Assembly (NCBI GenBank): GCA_025059775.1
Contig: JANXCW010000001.1
Coordinates: forward strand, 65,588 to 129,587
Length of the DNA: 64,000 nt
Source: Armatimonadota bacterium
GTDB taxonomy: Bacteria; Sysuimicrobiota; Sysuimicrobiia; Sysuimicrobiales; Sysuimicrobiaceae
Direction of reading: 5' to 3'
A program made the position numbers and the translations under genes. How positions within the stretch are numbered: the first letter of the stretch is position 1; each line of letters opens with the position of its first letter. Below are positions 17,532 through 25,488 of this stretch, one piece after another. The notes under the pieces were generated by a model, which made no database searches, was not told the origin of the DNA, and saw only the letters and a program-made list of their open reading frames with translations.

Positions 17532-18614
17532 CTATGGAGGCTGGTACGGACAGAGGGGATCGCTTTCGAGGGGATCGCCCGTGTGCGCATGGGCTCTGGC
17601 CCGGGAGCCTCCGCAGATCTCCCGGAAGGGACACCGGCCGCACTTGCCCCGCAGAAGGCCCGTATCCCGGATCCGCACGAACAGGTCCGCGTGCCGGTAC
17701 AGTTCCACGAGGCTATGCTCCCGCACGTTCCCCGCCCGAAGGGGCAGAAACCCCGAAGGGTACACCTCACCCGTGTGGGAGACGAAGACGATCCCGTTTC
17801 CGTCCCGGACCCCAAATCCCCGGCCCACGGGGGTCGAGGCGATGGCGGCCTCGCTGAGACCCCGGGTGCGCATGCGCAGAAACGCCACCCTCCGGTAGTG
17901 GGGGGCCTCCGTGGTCTTGATGGCAAAGGGCGCACGTGCGCCCAGGTCCAGGAGCCAGTGGCACAGCCGCTCTGCCTGCAGGGGCGTCACCTCCTCCAGT
18001 GCCTGCCCCCGGCCCACCCGGACCAGGAAGAAGAGACTCCAGCGGACAATGCCCAGTTCCCAGATCCGCTCATAGATAGCCGGAAGGTCCTCCAGGGTAG
18101 AGGCGGTGACGAGGGTGTTGACCTGGAGTTGAATTCCCTCCTCTCGGATTCGGTGCGCGAGGCGCAGGGTCCGTTCGAAGCATCCGGGAATGCCCCGCAG
18201 GGCATCGTGCCGCTCCGGGGTCGAGCCGTCCAGGCTGAGGGAGATGGCCTGCACGCCCGAACGTGCGAGGCGGCGGATGGCCGCATCCGTGACGAGGGGG
18301 GTTGCGCTGGGGGCAAGGGAAACGCCAAACCCCAGGGCCCGGGCCTCCTCCACGAGCTCCGCGAGGTCCGGCCGTTTGAAGGGATCCCCGCCCGTAAAGA
18401 CCCAGTGCGGAAGCGGGGGCCCGAAGGCTAGGGCGTCCCGGAGCATCCGGCGGCCTTCCTGGGTGGAGAGTTCGAGGGGGTGCCGCTCCGGAATGGCCTC
18501 CGCCCGGCAGTGGCGGCAGGCGAGGTCGCACGCCCGGGTGAGCTCCCAGTAGACGAGCAGCGGGGCCCGGTTGTAGACGTACCGGCGCTGGAGGATCGCC
18601 TCGGAGACGGCCAC
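17532..18614 (-). CDS. Radical SAM/SPASM protein (TIGR04053-like; AhbC/AhbD/NirJ-related)
   Basis: WELTRACDLACRHC (CxxxCxxC), TGGDP, YPSGFLP and CGRCPFREICGGSRARA. Confidence 0.85.
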   Translation of the reverse strand: MAVSEAILQRRYVYNRAPLLVYWELTRACDLACRHCRAEAIPERHPLELSTQEGRRMLRDALAFGPPLPHWVFTGGDPFKRPDLAELVEEARALGFGVSLAPSATPLVTDAAIRRLARSGVQAISLSLDGSTPERHDALRGIPGCFERTLRLAHRIREEGIQLQVNTLVTASTLEDLPAIYERIWELGIVRWSLFFLVRVGRGQALEEVTPLQAERLCHWLLDLGARAPFAIKTTEAPHYRRVAFLRMRTRGLSEAAIASTPVGRGFGVRDGNGIVFVSHTGEVYPSGFLPLRAGNVREHSLVELYRHADLFVRIRDTGLLRGKCGRCPFREICGGSRARAHAHTGDPLESDPLCPYQPP

Positions 18615-19334
18615 CTACCGACCCTCCCGCGTGAGCCCCTGCTCCCGCGCCCACACCCATACCTCCGGGGACCGCCGGAACCGGACCCCGAGCTTGCGCC
18701 GCACCCGGCGTACGTACTCCCGCACGGAGCCCTCCGTGAGTCCCAGGGTCCGGCCCACCGTGGTCCGAACCCGCTGGTCCGGCCCGTGGGCGGTGAGGTA
18801 GTACAGCACCAGCACCTCCACCTCCCGCCACGAAAGGCGGTAGCGGGTCCGCAGGCGCCGCAGGCCCTCTGGGGTGAGGCGGCCGTCCGCCAGGGCCTGC
18901 CGCACCACCCGGCTCGGCACCTCCTCCACCAGGACCCGCGCCTCCGGTGTGCGGGCGGGCAGGGCCTTCTGCACGAGCGCCGCAGCCAGACGCGCCATCT
19001 GCTCTGCCCGGGGTCGGGCCGTGCGGGGATTCCGGGCCAGCCACAGCTCCGCCAGCACCACCGCCTGGCGTGATCCGTTGCCCACAGGCACCACCAGGTG
19101 CGGCTTCGCATTCCTCGGACACACCCGCACGCCCGTGGTTTCCGGAGGCCCGCCGGCAAACGCCTGGGCCCCCTGACAGATCCCTCTCCACTCCGGCGCC
19201 TGCAGGCACGGGATGGTGTGCTGCCGCGGCGCCGCGAGGGGGGTGCCGTCCGAGGCGGCCACGAGGAGCGGGCAACCCGCTTCCTCGCTCAAGGCATCCA
19301 GGACTTGCGAGAAGGCCACTACGGGTTCCGCCAT
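18615..19334 (-). CDS. Putative one-component regulator: PocR-like sensor plus LuxR-like HTH
   Basis: N-terminal PC.....R.IC...VRVCP...HLVVPV pattern. C-terminal LSWREVEVL...LGLTEGSVREYVRRVRRKLG. Confidence 0.6.
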   Translation of the reverse strand: MAEPVVAFSQVLDALSEEAGCPLLVAASDGTPLAAPRQHTIPCLQAPEWRGICQGAQAFAGGPPETTGVRVCPRNAKPHLVVPVGNGSRQAVVLAELWLARNPRTARPRAEQMARLAAALVQKALPARTPEARVLVEEVPSRVVRQALADGRLTPEGLRRLRTRYRLSWREVEVLVLYYLTAHGPDQRVRTTVGRTLGLTEGSVREYVRRVRRKLGVRFRRSPEVWVWAREQGLTREGR

Positions 19335-19338
19335 GGTC

Positions 19339-19902
19339 TCACCCCACCAGGTACAGCGTGGGATAGATGAACACCCACGCCACGTCCACGAAGTGCCAGT
19401 ACTTCACCACCCCTTCCACGAGCCAGTAGTCGTCCGGCCCGTACCGGCCGCGACGGCCGTGCAGGTAGACGCCCAGCAGGAGCACCGCTCCGCTCAGCAC
19501 GTGCAGGCCGTGCAGCCCCGTGAGGGAGAAGAAGCTGGTGCCGTAGCGGGTCCCAGGCGGGAAGAAGTGGAAGCCCTCCACCCACTCCACCACCACGCCC
19601 ACCAGGAACACGCCCGCCAGCAGGATCGTCCACAGGGTGTTCCGCAGGAACCCTGCCCGGTCCCCGTGCGCGATGCAGGTCTCCGCCCGGTAGGCGGTGA
19701 GGCTGCTCAGGAGCAGCACCCCGGTGATGGCCAGTCCCAGAGGCTGATTCAGCTCCGGGGGCCGCTGGGTCCCCAGGTTCAGGTAGCGGGCCGCCACGAA
19801 GGCGCTGAAGAGCGCCGCCTCTGAGACGATGAAGAGCCACAGGCCCAGGCGCGCGTTCTGGAGTTCCTCCCGGGTGAGGCGAAGGGCGGCTTCGTGGCGC
19901 AT
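19339..19902 (-). CDS. ctaE: Heme-copper oxidase subunit III (short form)
   Basis: LWLFIVSE, T..LL.SS, FF.LTGLHGLHV and YWHFVDV.W motifs. Confidence 0.92.
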   Translation of the reverse strand: MRHEAALRLTREELQNARLGLWLFIVSEAALFSAFVAARYLNLGTQRPPELNQPLGLAITGVLLLSSLTAYRAETCIAHGDRAGFLRNTLWTILLAGVFLVGVVVEWVEGFHFFPPGTRYGTSFFSLTGLHGLHVLSGAVLLLGVYLHGRRGRYGPDDYWLVEGVVKYWHFVDVAWVFIYPTLYLVG

Positions 19903-19903
19903 G

Positions 19904-20098
19904 CTAGCCCTCCTCCCGTAACAGCTGCGAGGCGTGCATGAAGTACTCCGCGATGAGGGCGGTCTTTCCCAGGGCGATGAGCCCCAGCCACAGGAGGGAA
20001 CCGGGCCAGCGGGCCGCGAACCACTCCACCGCGGTGAGGGCCGCCAGTCCCGCGAACACCTGAACCCCCAGCCGGAACTTACGTGGCAACGGGCTCAT
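19904..20098 (-). CDS. ctaF: Heme-copper oxidase subunit IV
   Basis: Small two-TM protein with the K..LI..YFMH motif, lying between subunits I and III. Confidence 0.8.
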   Translation of the reverse strand: MSPLPRKFRLGVQVFAGLAALTAVEWFAARWPGSLLWLGLIALGKTALIAEYFMHASQLLREEG

Positions 20099-21923
20099 CC
20101 TCGCTCCCCCCCGTCACGCCGAGGACCGCATGCCGGATTCCGGGGATCCCGTACACGTAGGGCGGGCCCACCACCGCGGGCGGAGCGGGGAAGTTCTCCA
20201 CCGGTGGCGGGCTCGGCACCTGCCACTCCAGGGTGGAGGCCTCCCAAGGATTGGCCTCCGCCTGCGGCCCCCGGACCCAGCTCATGACGAAGTTGTACAG
20301 GAACACAAGGAAACTCATGCCCAGCAGGAAGGCCGCGATGCTGGTCCAGAAGTTCGTTCCACTCAAGGCCGTGGGGTAGTCCGCGATCCGCCGGTTCATC
20401 CCGTGCAGCCCCGCCCAGAACATGGGGAAGAAGGTCGCGTTGAAGGCCAGGAAGGTCCACCAGAAGTGCGCCCGGCCCAGCCGTTCGTCGTACATCCGGC
20501 CCGTGATCTTCGGGTACCAGTAGTACAGGGCCGCCAGAAGCGCGAAGATCTCCCCCCCCATGATGGTGTAGTGGAAGTGCCCCACCACGAAGTACGTGTC
20601 GTGCAGGTGCAGGTCCGTGGCCACGTCCGCGTTGAAGATCCCCGTGAGCCCGCCGATGAGGAAGTTCCACACCCATCCCAGGGCGAACAGCATGGGCGTA
20701 CGCAGCCACAACCTCCCCCGCACCAGGGTTCCCAACGCTCCCAGGAACACCAGGCCCGTGGGCACGGAGATGGCCTCCGTGGTGGCCATCATGGGCGCGT
20801 GCATCCAGTCGGGCATGCCGCTGGTGAAGTTGTGGTGGGCCCACACGATCCCGCTGAGCCCTACGATGCCCAGGAACCCTCCCACCACCCACCGGTAGGC
20901 GTACAGGGGCGTGCGGGCGAAGTGGGTGATGACCTCCAGAGCGGCGCCGAAGGCGGGCAGGATCATGATGTACACCGCGGGGTGGGAGTAGAACCAGAAC
21001 AGCTGCTGGTACACCACGGGAGTGCCTCCGCGGGCGAAGTGGAAGTAGCTCATCCCCGCCACCCGGTCCAGGAGCACCATGAGGAGGCTCGCGGCCAGGT
21101 ACTGGGTGAAGATGAAGCTCAGCAGGGATGCCGCGAACACGGACCAGACGAACACGGGGAGCCGGCTCCACGTCATGCCCGGCGCCCGCATGCGGGCGAT
21201 GGTCACGAGGAAGTTGATCCCGCCGAGGATGCTGGAGAGTCCGAACACGACCACGGCCACGATCATGAGAACCTGGCCCGGTGCGTTCACCGCGCTCAGC
21301 GGTGGGTAGGCGGTCCACCCGGAGTCCCACCCGCCCACGAAGAGGCTCGCCAGCAGCATGACGGCCACGGGCGGGGTGAGCCAGTAGCTGAGGGCGTTCA
21401 CCCGGGGGAAGGCCATGTCGTGGGCGCCGATCATCAAGGGCACCAGGTAGTTCCCCAAGCCCCCCAGGAAGATGGCCACGGCCACCGCGATCATGACAAT
21501 ACCGTGCAGACTCATCACCTGGTTGTAGCCGTTGAGGGTCAACAGCTGCATTCCCGGGCGCATGAGTTCCCAGCGCATGAGCATGGCCAGCAGCCCGCCC
21601 AGGAAAAAGAGTCCCAGGAAGGTCACCAGGTACTGGATCCCGATCACCTTGTGGTCCGTGGTGAACCGGAAGTAGCGGGCCACGCTCTTGTCCTCGGGCC
21701 ACGGACGCAGCGGAAGGCCGAACCAGCCCCGGGCCCACACCTCCCACATGCCTACCCCCGCCAGCCAGCCCACCGTGCCCAGGACGGCGCCGGTGGCGAG
21801 CTCCAGATCGAAGGAGAACGTCGCCCCTGTTGCGCGCACCAGTCCCGCGAGCACCGGGCCGCCCGCCACGTAGCCGACCGCGCCGTACAGGAGTCCTCTC
21901 AGGATAGGAGCCACCACCTGCAT
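20079..21923 (-). CDS. ctaD: Heme-copper oxidase subunit I, A2-type (YSHPxVY), with an atypical K-channel
   Basis: DHKVIG, SLHG, DMAFPRVN, FWFYSHPAVY, WAHH, HDTYFVVGHFHY and GMNRR. All six His ligands and the cross-link Tyr are present. Confidence 0.95.
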   Translation of the reverse strand: MQVVAPILRGLLYGAVGYVAGGPVLAGLVRATGATFSFDLELATGAVLGTVGWLAGVGMWEVWARGWFGLPLRPWPEDKSVARYFRFTTDHKVIGIQYLVTFLGLFFLGGLLAMLMRWELMRPGMQLLTLNGYNQVMSLHGIVMIAVAVAIFLGGLGNYLVPLMIGAHDMAFPRVNALSYWLTPPVAVMLLASLFVGGWDSGWTAYPPLSAVNAPGQVLMIVAVVVFGLSSILGGINFLVTIARMRAPGMTWSRLPVFVWSVFAASLLSFIFTQYLAASLLMVLLDRVAGMSYFHFARGGTPVVYQQLFWFYSHPAVYIMILPAFGAALEVITHFARTPLYAYRWVVGGFLGIVGLSGIVWAHHNFTSGMPDWMHAPMMATTEAISVPTGLVFLGALGTLVRGRLWLRTPMLFALGWVWNFLIGGLTGIFNADVATDLHLHDTYFVVGHFHYTIMGGEIFALLAALYYWYPKITGRMYDERLGRAHFWWTFLAFNATFFPMFWAGLHGMNRRIADYPTALSGTNFWTSIAAFLLGMSFLVFLYNFVMSWVRGPQAEANPWEASTLEWQVPSPPPVENFPAPPAVVGPPYVYGIPGIRHAVLGVTGGSEDEPVAT

Positions 21924-21927
21924 GCGC

Positions 21928-22722
21928 CTACCTCCGTGCCTGCTGCGCCACCCAGGCCTCAAACGCTTCCGGCTCCACCACCCGCACGGGGGCCGCCATG
22001 ATGCCATGGCCCACGCCGCACAGCTCCGCGCACTGCACCCGCAGGTCCGCGCTCTGTTCGAACGAACCCACGCGGGTCGGCGTCACGCGCAGGTAGGTGG
22101 TCAGGTTCGGCACCGCGTCGATCTTGGTGCGGAAGGCAGGCACCCAGAAGCTGTGCACGATGTCCACGGAGGTCACCTCGAAGCGCACCCGGCGGCCGGC
22201 AGGCAGAACCAGCTCCCGCGCGGTGACGTTGTGCTCCGGGTACTCGAACTGCCACAGCCACCGGCTGGCCCGGACCCGGACCACCAGCTCCCCGCCCGGG
22301 GGGAGCGACGGGAGTCCCACCGCCGCGTACCGGCCTCGGGCCAACAATCCCCCAAGGGGCACTCCCCGCATCTCCGCGAGCCCCACAAGTCCAGGGTTGT
22401 AGACCACGTAGACGCACAGGGCCGCGGTGAGGACGAACCATGTGCGGGGGATGGCGGGGTGCTCGGGGGTGTACGGGGGAGCTTCCGGTGGATCTCCCCG
22501 GCCACGCCGGGCCAGGAGCACGTACACGAGCACGGAGACCACCGCGGCGAACACAGGGCCGGCGAGCAGCATGAGGAGGCGGAAAGCGTGATCCGCCACC
22601 TCCGCCTCCCGTGCCGCGCTCAGAGGAAAGGCGTCGAATCGGGATGCCGCAAGCAGGAACAACGCACTGAACACCGCCCACAGGGCCACCAGGACTCCCG
22701 CGCGCATACCTTCCGGCTCCAC
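21928..22722 (-). CDS. ctaC: Heme-copper oxidase subunit II with CuA site
   Basis: Two TM helices, WLWQFEYP, DIVHSFWVP and CAELCGVGHGIM. No fused cytochrome c. Confidence 0.93.
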   Translation of the reverse strand: MEPEGMRAGVLVALWAVFSALFLLAASRFDAFPLSAAREAEVADHAFRLLMLLAGPVFAAVVSVLVYVLLARRGRGDPPEAPPYTPEHPAIPRTWFVLTAALCVYVVYNPGLVGLAEMRGVPLGGLLARGRYAAVGLPSLPPGGELVVRVRASRWLWQFEYPEHNVTARELVLPAGRRVRFEVTSVDIVHSFWVPAFRTKIDAVPNLTTYLRVTPTRVGSFEQSADLRVQCAELCGVGHGIMAAPVRVVEPEAFEAWVAQQARR

Positions 22723-22975
22723 GGGGTTTGGTTGACTCTACGTGAACACACGAAGTGCACGTGGGACATCAGTCCAGGACCTGATTTTGAGGGGAGCTGA
22801 GGTCGGGTCCGGGCCCGATGCGCCTGGGAACGTTTGTACTCCGAAGCACCCCCAGGAGGAATTTCCGGACGGAAGGGCGAACCTCACGGGTACTTGCAGG
22901 GTCGCGTGGATCCCCTCCCCAGCCGATGCACACTGTGCCCGCGACCTCCCTATCTTCAGGGTGGGAGGTGAGAAC

Positions 22976-23473
22976 ATGACGGGCCGGCCCGCGGACGCGA
23001 GGAGGCACCGCCGGGTGGTGCAGGAGTTCGAGGTGGATGCCCGCGTGAATCCCGAGCGCGTGCAGGCCCGCGTGGAGAACGGGGTGGCCATTCTCACCGG
23101 ACGCGTGAGCGGAGCAGTGGAGAAGTTCGCGGCTCAGGAAGCCGCCCACCGGGTCCCCGGAGTTCTGGACGTGGTGAACCACCTGAGCACGCAGGGGTTT
23201 CATCCCGCCCCTGCAAGCGACCTGGAGCTCGTGCGGGCCGTCCGGCGCGTCCTGCGCCGTCACCTCCCTACCCATCAGCGGGTGCGGTCCGCGGTGGAGT
23301 GCGGGTGGGTCACCCTCACGGGTTCGGTACCCTCCCGAGAGGATCGGGAGCGGGTGGAGCAGCTCGTGCAGGCGATCCCGCAGGTTCGGGGAGTGGTGAA
23401 CATGCTGGCCATCGAGGGCTCCTGTGCACCGGCTAGTCCTGCACGCGGGGCTAGGGCCCCACGTGCAGGGTGA
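22976..23473 (+). CDS. Dual BON-domain protein
   Basis: Two V..G.V.LTG.V...E...A......VPGV..V.N.L repeats. GGAGG RBS before the ATG at 22976; no signal peptide from that start. Confidence 0.8.
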   Translation: MTGRPADARRHRRVVQEFEVDARVNPERVQARVENGVAILTGRVSGAVEKFAAQEAAHRVPGVLDVVNHLSTQGFHPAPASDLELVRAVRRVLRRHLPTHQRVRSAVECGWVTLTGSVPSREDRERVEQLVQAIPQVRGVVNMLAIEGSCAPASPARGARAPRAG

Positions 23474-23828
23474 AGGTGGCGAGGATCCGCACGCCCTCCG
23501 CCTCCCCCGCTACTTTTATCTCCCACCGGCCGTCCATGGAGAAGGTGTGTTGGGCTTCGTAGCGCCCAGGGCCCGTCTGCCGGAAGAGGATCTCCTCCGG
23601 CTCGTGGGTCATCTCGGGCATGGAGGCCCGGACCTGGAGGTTCGTGACCGCGAGAGGGCGGCCGGAGTCGTCCCCGATCCGCAGTCGCAGGGTGGCGGGC
23701 TGGAGTGCCCGAGGTCGGGTGGGAGCCCATTCCAGGGAGGCCCTCCACCCCTCTCCACCGACCCGGGCTGTGGGGTTCGGGGTGCACGCCCCGAGGAGCA
23801 GGGTAAGGAGCAGGAGAGCCCACCTCAC
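23451..23828 (-). CDS. YtkA/FixH-like lipoprotein
   Basis: Lipobox LLGAC, SMPEMTH, GRYEA...FSMDGRWEI. GTGA overlap with the nosY stop codon. Confidence 0.7.
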   Translation of the reverse strand: MRWALLLLTLLLGACTPNPTARVGGEGWRASLEWAPTRPRALQPATLRLRIGDDSGRPLAVTNLQVRASMPEMTHEPEEILFRQTGPGRYEAQHTFSMDGRWEIKVAGEAEGVRILATFTLHVGP

Positions 23829-24649
23829 GGGCGCACGACTCGGGTAAACCTCAGGTGGCCCACCGCGTAGCTCACCCCGCTCCACCCGCCGAGTATCGCC
23901 AGCAGGGCCAATAGGGCGCCCGTCTGCCCCAGCCGGTCTACCGCGAGCAGGGCCAGGGGGCCCAGGAGCTCGGGGCTGTGGGTCACGAGCAGGATCCCGC
24001 TCATGCGGAAGGCGGAGAGGGGGTTCAGGGCGGCCAGCAGGAGCACCGCCCAGGACGGAAGCCGCAGGCTCAGCGCGGCCCCCAGCACCCCGAGATCCCC
24101 TAGCACCCCGAACCCCAGCCACGCCAGCAGGGCCCAGCCCAGGGCCCTCCCTCGGGTGGGCGCGAAGGCGGAGATCAGGAGCCCCACGGAGAGCATGGAA
24201 AGCGCCAGCAGGCTCGAAAGGCCCACTAGGGCCAAAAAGGTGCCCCCGTGCTCCGCGCCCGCGCCCCAGGCGAGCACAATCCCCGCACCCCCGTATCCGA
24301 GCCAGATGGCCGACAGCACCGAGGCCGCCAGTCCCACGTACCGTCCCGCGTACAGGGCACCGCGGGAGATGGGCTGGGCCAGCAGGAACTCCAGGGATCC
24401 GGTTTCCCGATCCCCTGCCAGCCACCCCGCGCCCAAGGTAAGGCCCAAAAGGGGGATGAAGAGCTGCGCGAGGTGCAACAGGGCCGCCGCGGCCCGGTCA
24501 AAGGAGGAGAGTCCGACCACCCGGAGACCTGCCAGGGCGGTGAAGGCGGCTCCGAGGGTGAGGGCCCAGAAGGCGAAGGCCAGGGAGAGAAACCACCGGT
24601 CCCTCAGGCTCGCCCGCGCGTCCCATCGGGCCAGGATGAGGGCGGTCAT
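23825..24649 (-). CDS. nosY: NosY ABC transporter permease
   Basis: LRDRW, PLLGL.LG...LAGDRETGSLEFLLAQPISR and NPLSAFR motifs; nos context. Confidence 0.88.
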   Translation of the reverse strand: MTALILARWDARASLRDRWFLSLAFAFWALTLGAAFTALAGLRVVGLSSFDRAAAALLHLAQLFIPLLGLTLGAGWLAGDRETGSLEFLLAQPISRGALYAGRYVGLAASVLSAIWLGYGGAGIVLAWGAGAEHGGTFLALVGLSSLLALSMLSVGLLISAFAPTRGRALGWALLAWLGFGVLGDLGVLGAALSLRLPSWAVLLLAALNPLSAFRMSGILLVTHSPELLGPLALLAVDRLGQTGALLALLAILGGWSGVSYAVGHLRFTRVVRP

Positions 24650-25488
24650 GCGCGTACCCCCCGCATAAAGTCCTCCACCTCGGGCTCGTGCACCCGGAAG
24701 GGCAGACCCCGGAGGAGCGGCAGGAGCTCGGGGAGAGCGGCATTCGGTACCCGCAGGCGCACGGTGCCGTTGCGGCTCGCGATCACCTCCACCCCCGCGG
24801 GCAGATGCTCCGGCTGCGCCCCTTGCACCACCACCTCCACCCAGTACAGACGCCACAGTTCGCCGGCGGGGACGTCCGCCACCACCTTTCCACCTTCCAG
24901 CACCACCACCCGATCCACGAGCTGCTCCAGGCGCCGCAGGTGGTGGCTCGCCACCACCACCGTCTTCCCCGTCGCCGCCTCCAGCCAGCTCGCCAGCCAC
25001 TCCTCCCCTCCCCGGTCCAGGTAGCTGGTGGGCTCGTCCAGTGCCAGCACCGGTGGATCCCCCACGAGGGCCACCGCGATCCCCAGCCGGCGGAGCATGC
25101 CGCCAGAGAGGCACACCACGGGCTTGCCCCCGTGCCCTTGAAGACCTGCCCGTTCCAGCAAGGGCCAGGGGTTTGGCACTTCTCCCCGCAGCTCCTGGAC
25201 CAGGGCCACCACCTCCGCGGCCGTGAGGTGGAGAGGAAAGGCAGGAAGCTGCGGGACGTAGCCCACGAGCCGCCGGGCCACGGCCCCCTGACGCCGGACG
25301 TCGTAGCCGCCTACGGTCACCTTACCCTCGTACGGCACCAGATCCAGCAGACAACGCAGCAGGGTGGTCTTGCCCGCACCGTTCGGGCCCAGGAGGGCTA
25401 CCCGCTGCCCCGGAGACACCTCCAGGCTCACCTCCTCCAATACCGCCCGGTTCCCAAACCGCACCGTGACTCCCTCCCAGCGGATCAT
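24646..25488 (-). CDS. nosF: NosF ABC transporter ATPase
   Basis: GPNGAGKTT, LSGGMLRR and LDEPT motifs; ATGA overlaps on both sides. Confidence 0.9.
   Translation of the reverse strand: MIRWEGVTVRFGNRAVLEEVSLEVSPGQRVALLGPNGAGKTTLLRCLLDLVPYEGKVTVGGYDVRRQGAVARRLVGYVPQLPAFPLHLTAAEVVALVQELRGEVPNPWPLLERAGLQGHGGKPVVCLSGGMLRRLGIAVALVGDPPVLALDEPTSYLDRGGEEWLASWLEAATGKTVVVASHHLRRLEQLVDRVVVLEGGKVVADVPAGELWRLYWVEVVVQGAQPEHLPAGVEVIASRNGTVRLRVPNAALPELLPLLRGLPFRVHEPEVEDFMRGVRA

Noticed and set aside
20079-21923. Calling subunit I a known nitric-oxide reductase (cNOR/qNOR-like) or a quinol oxidase
   Set aside because: The cross-link Tyr (HPAVY) and D-channel are retained, the bo3 quinol-site Arg/Asp are absent, and CuA is present. 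NO activity remains only a hypothesis.
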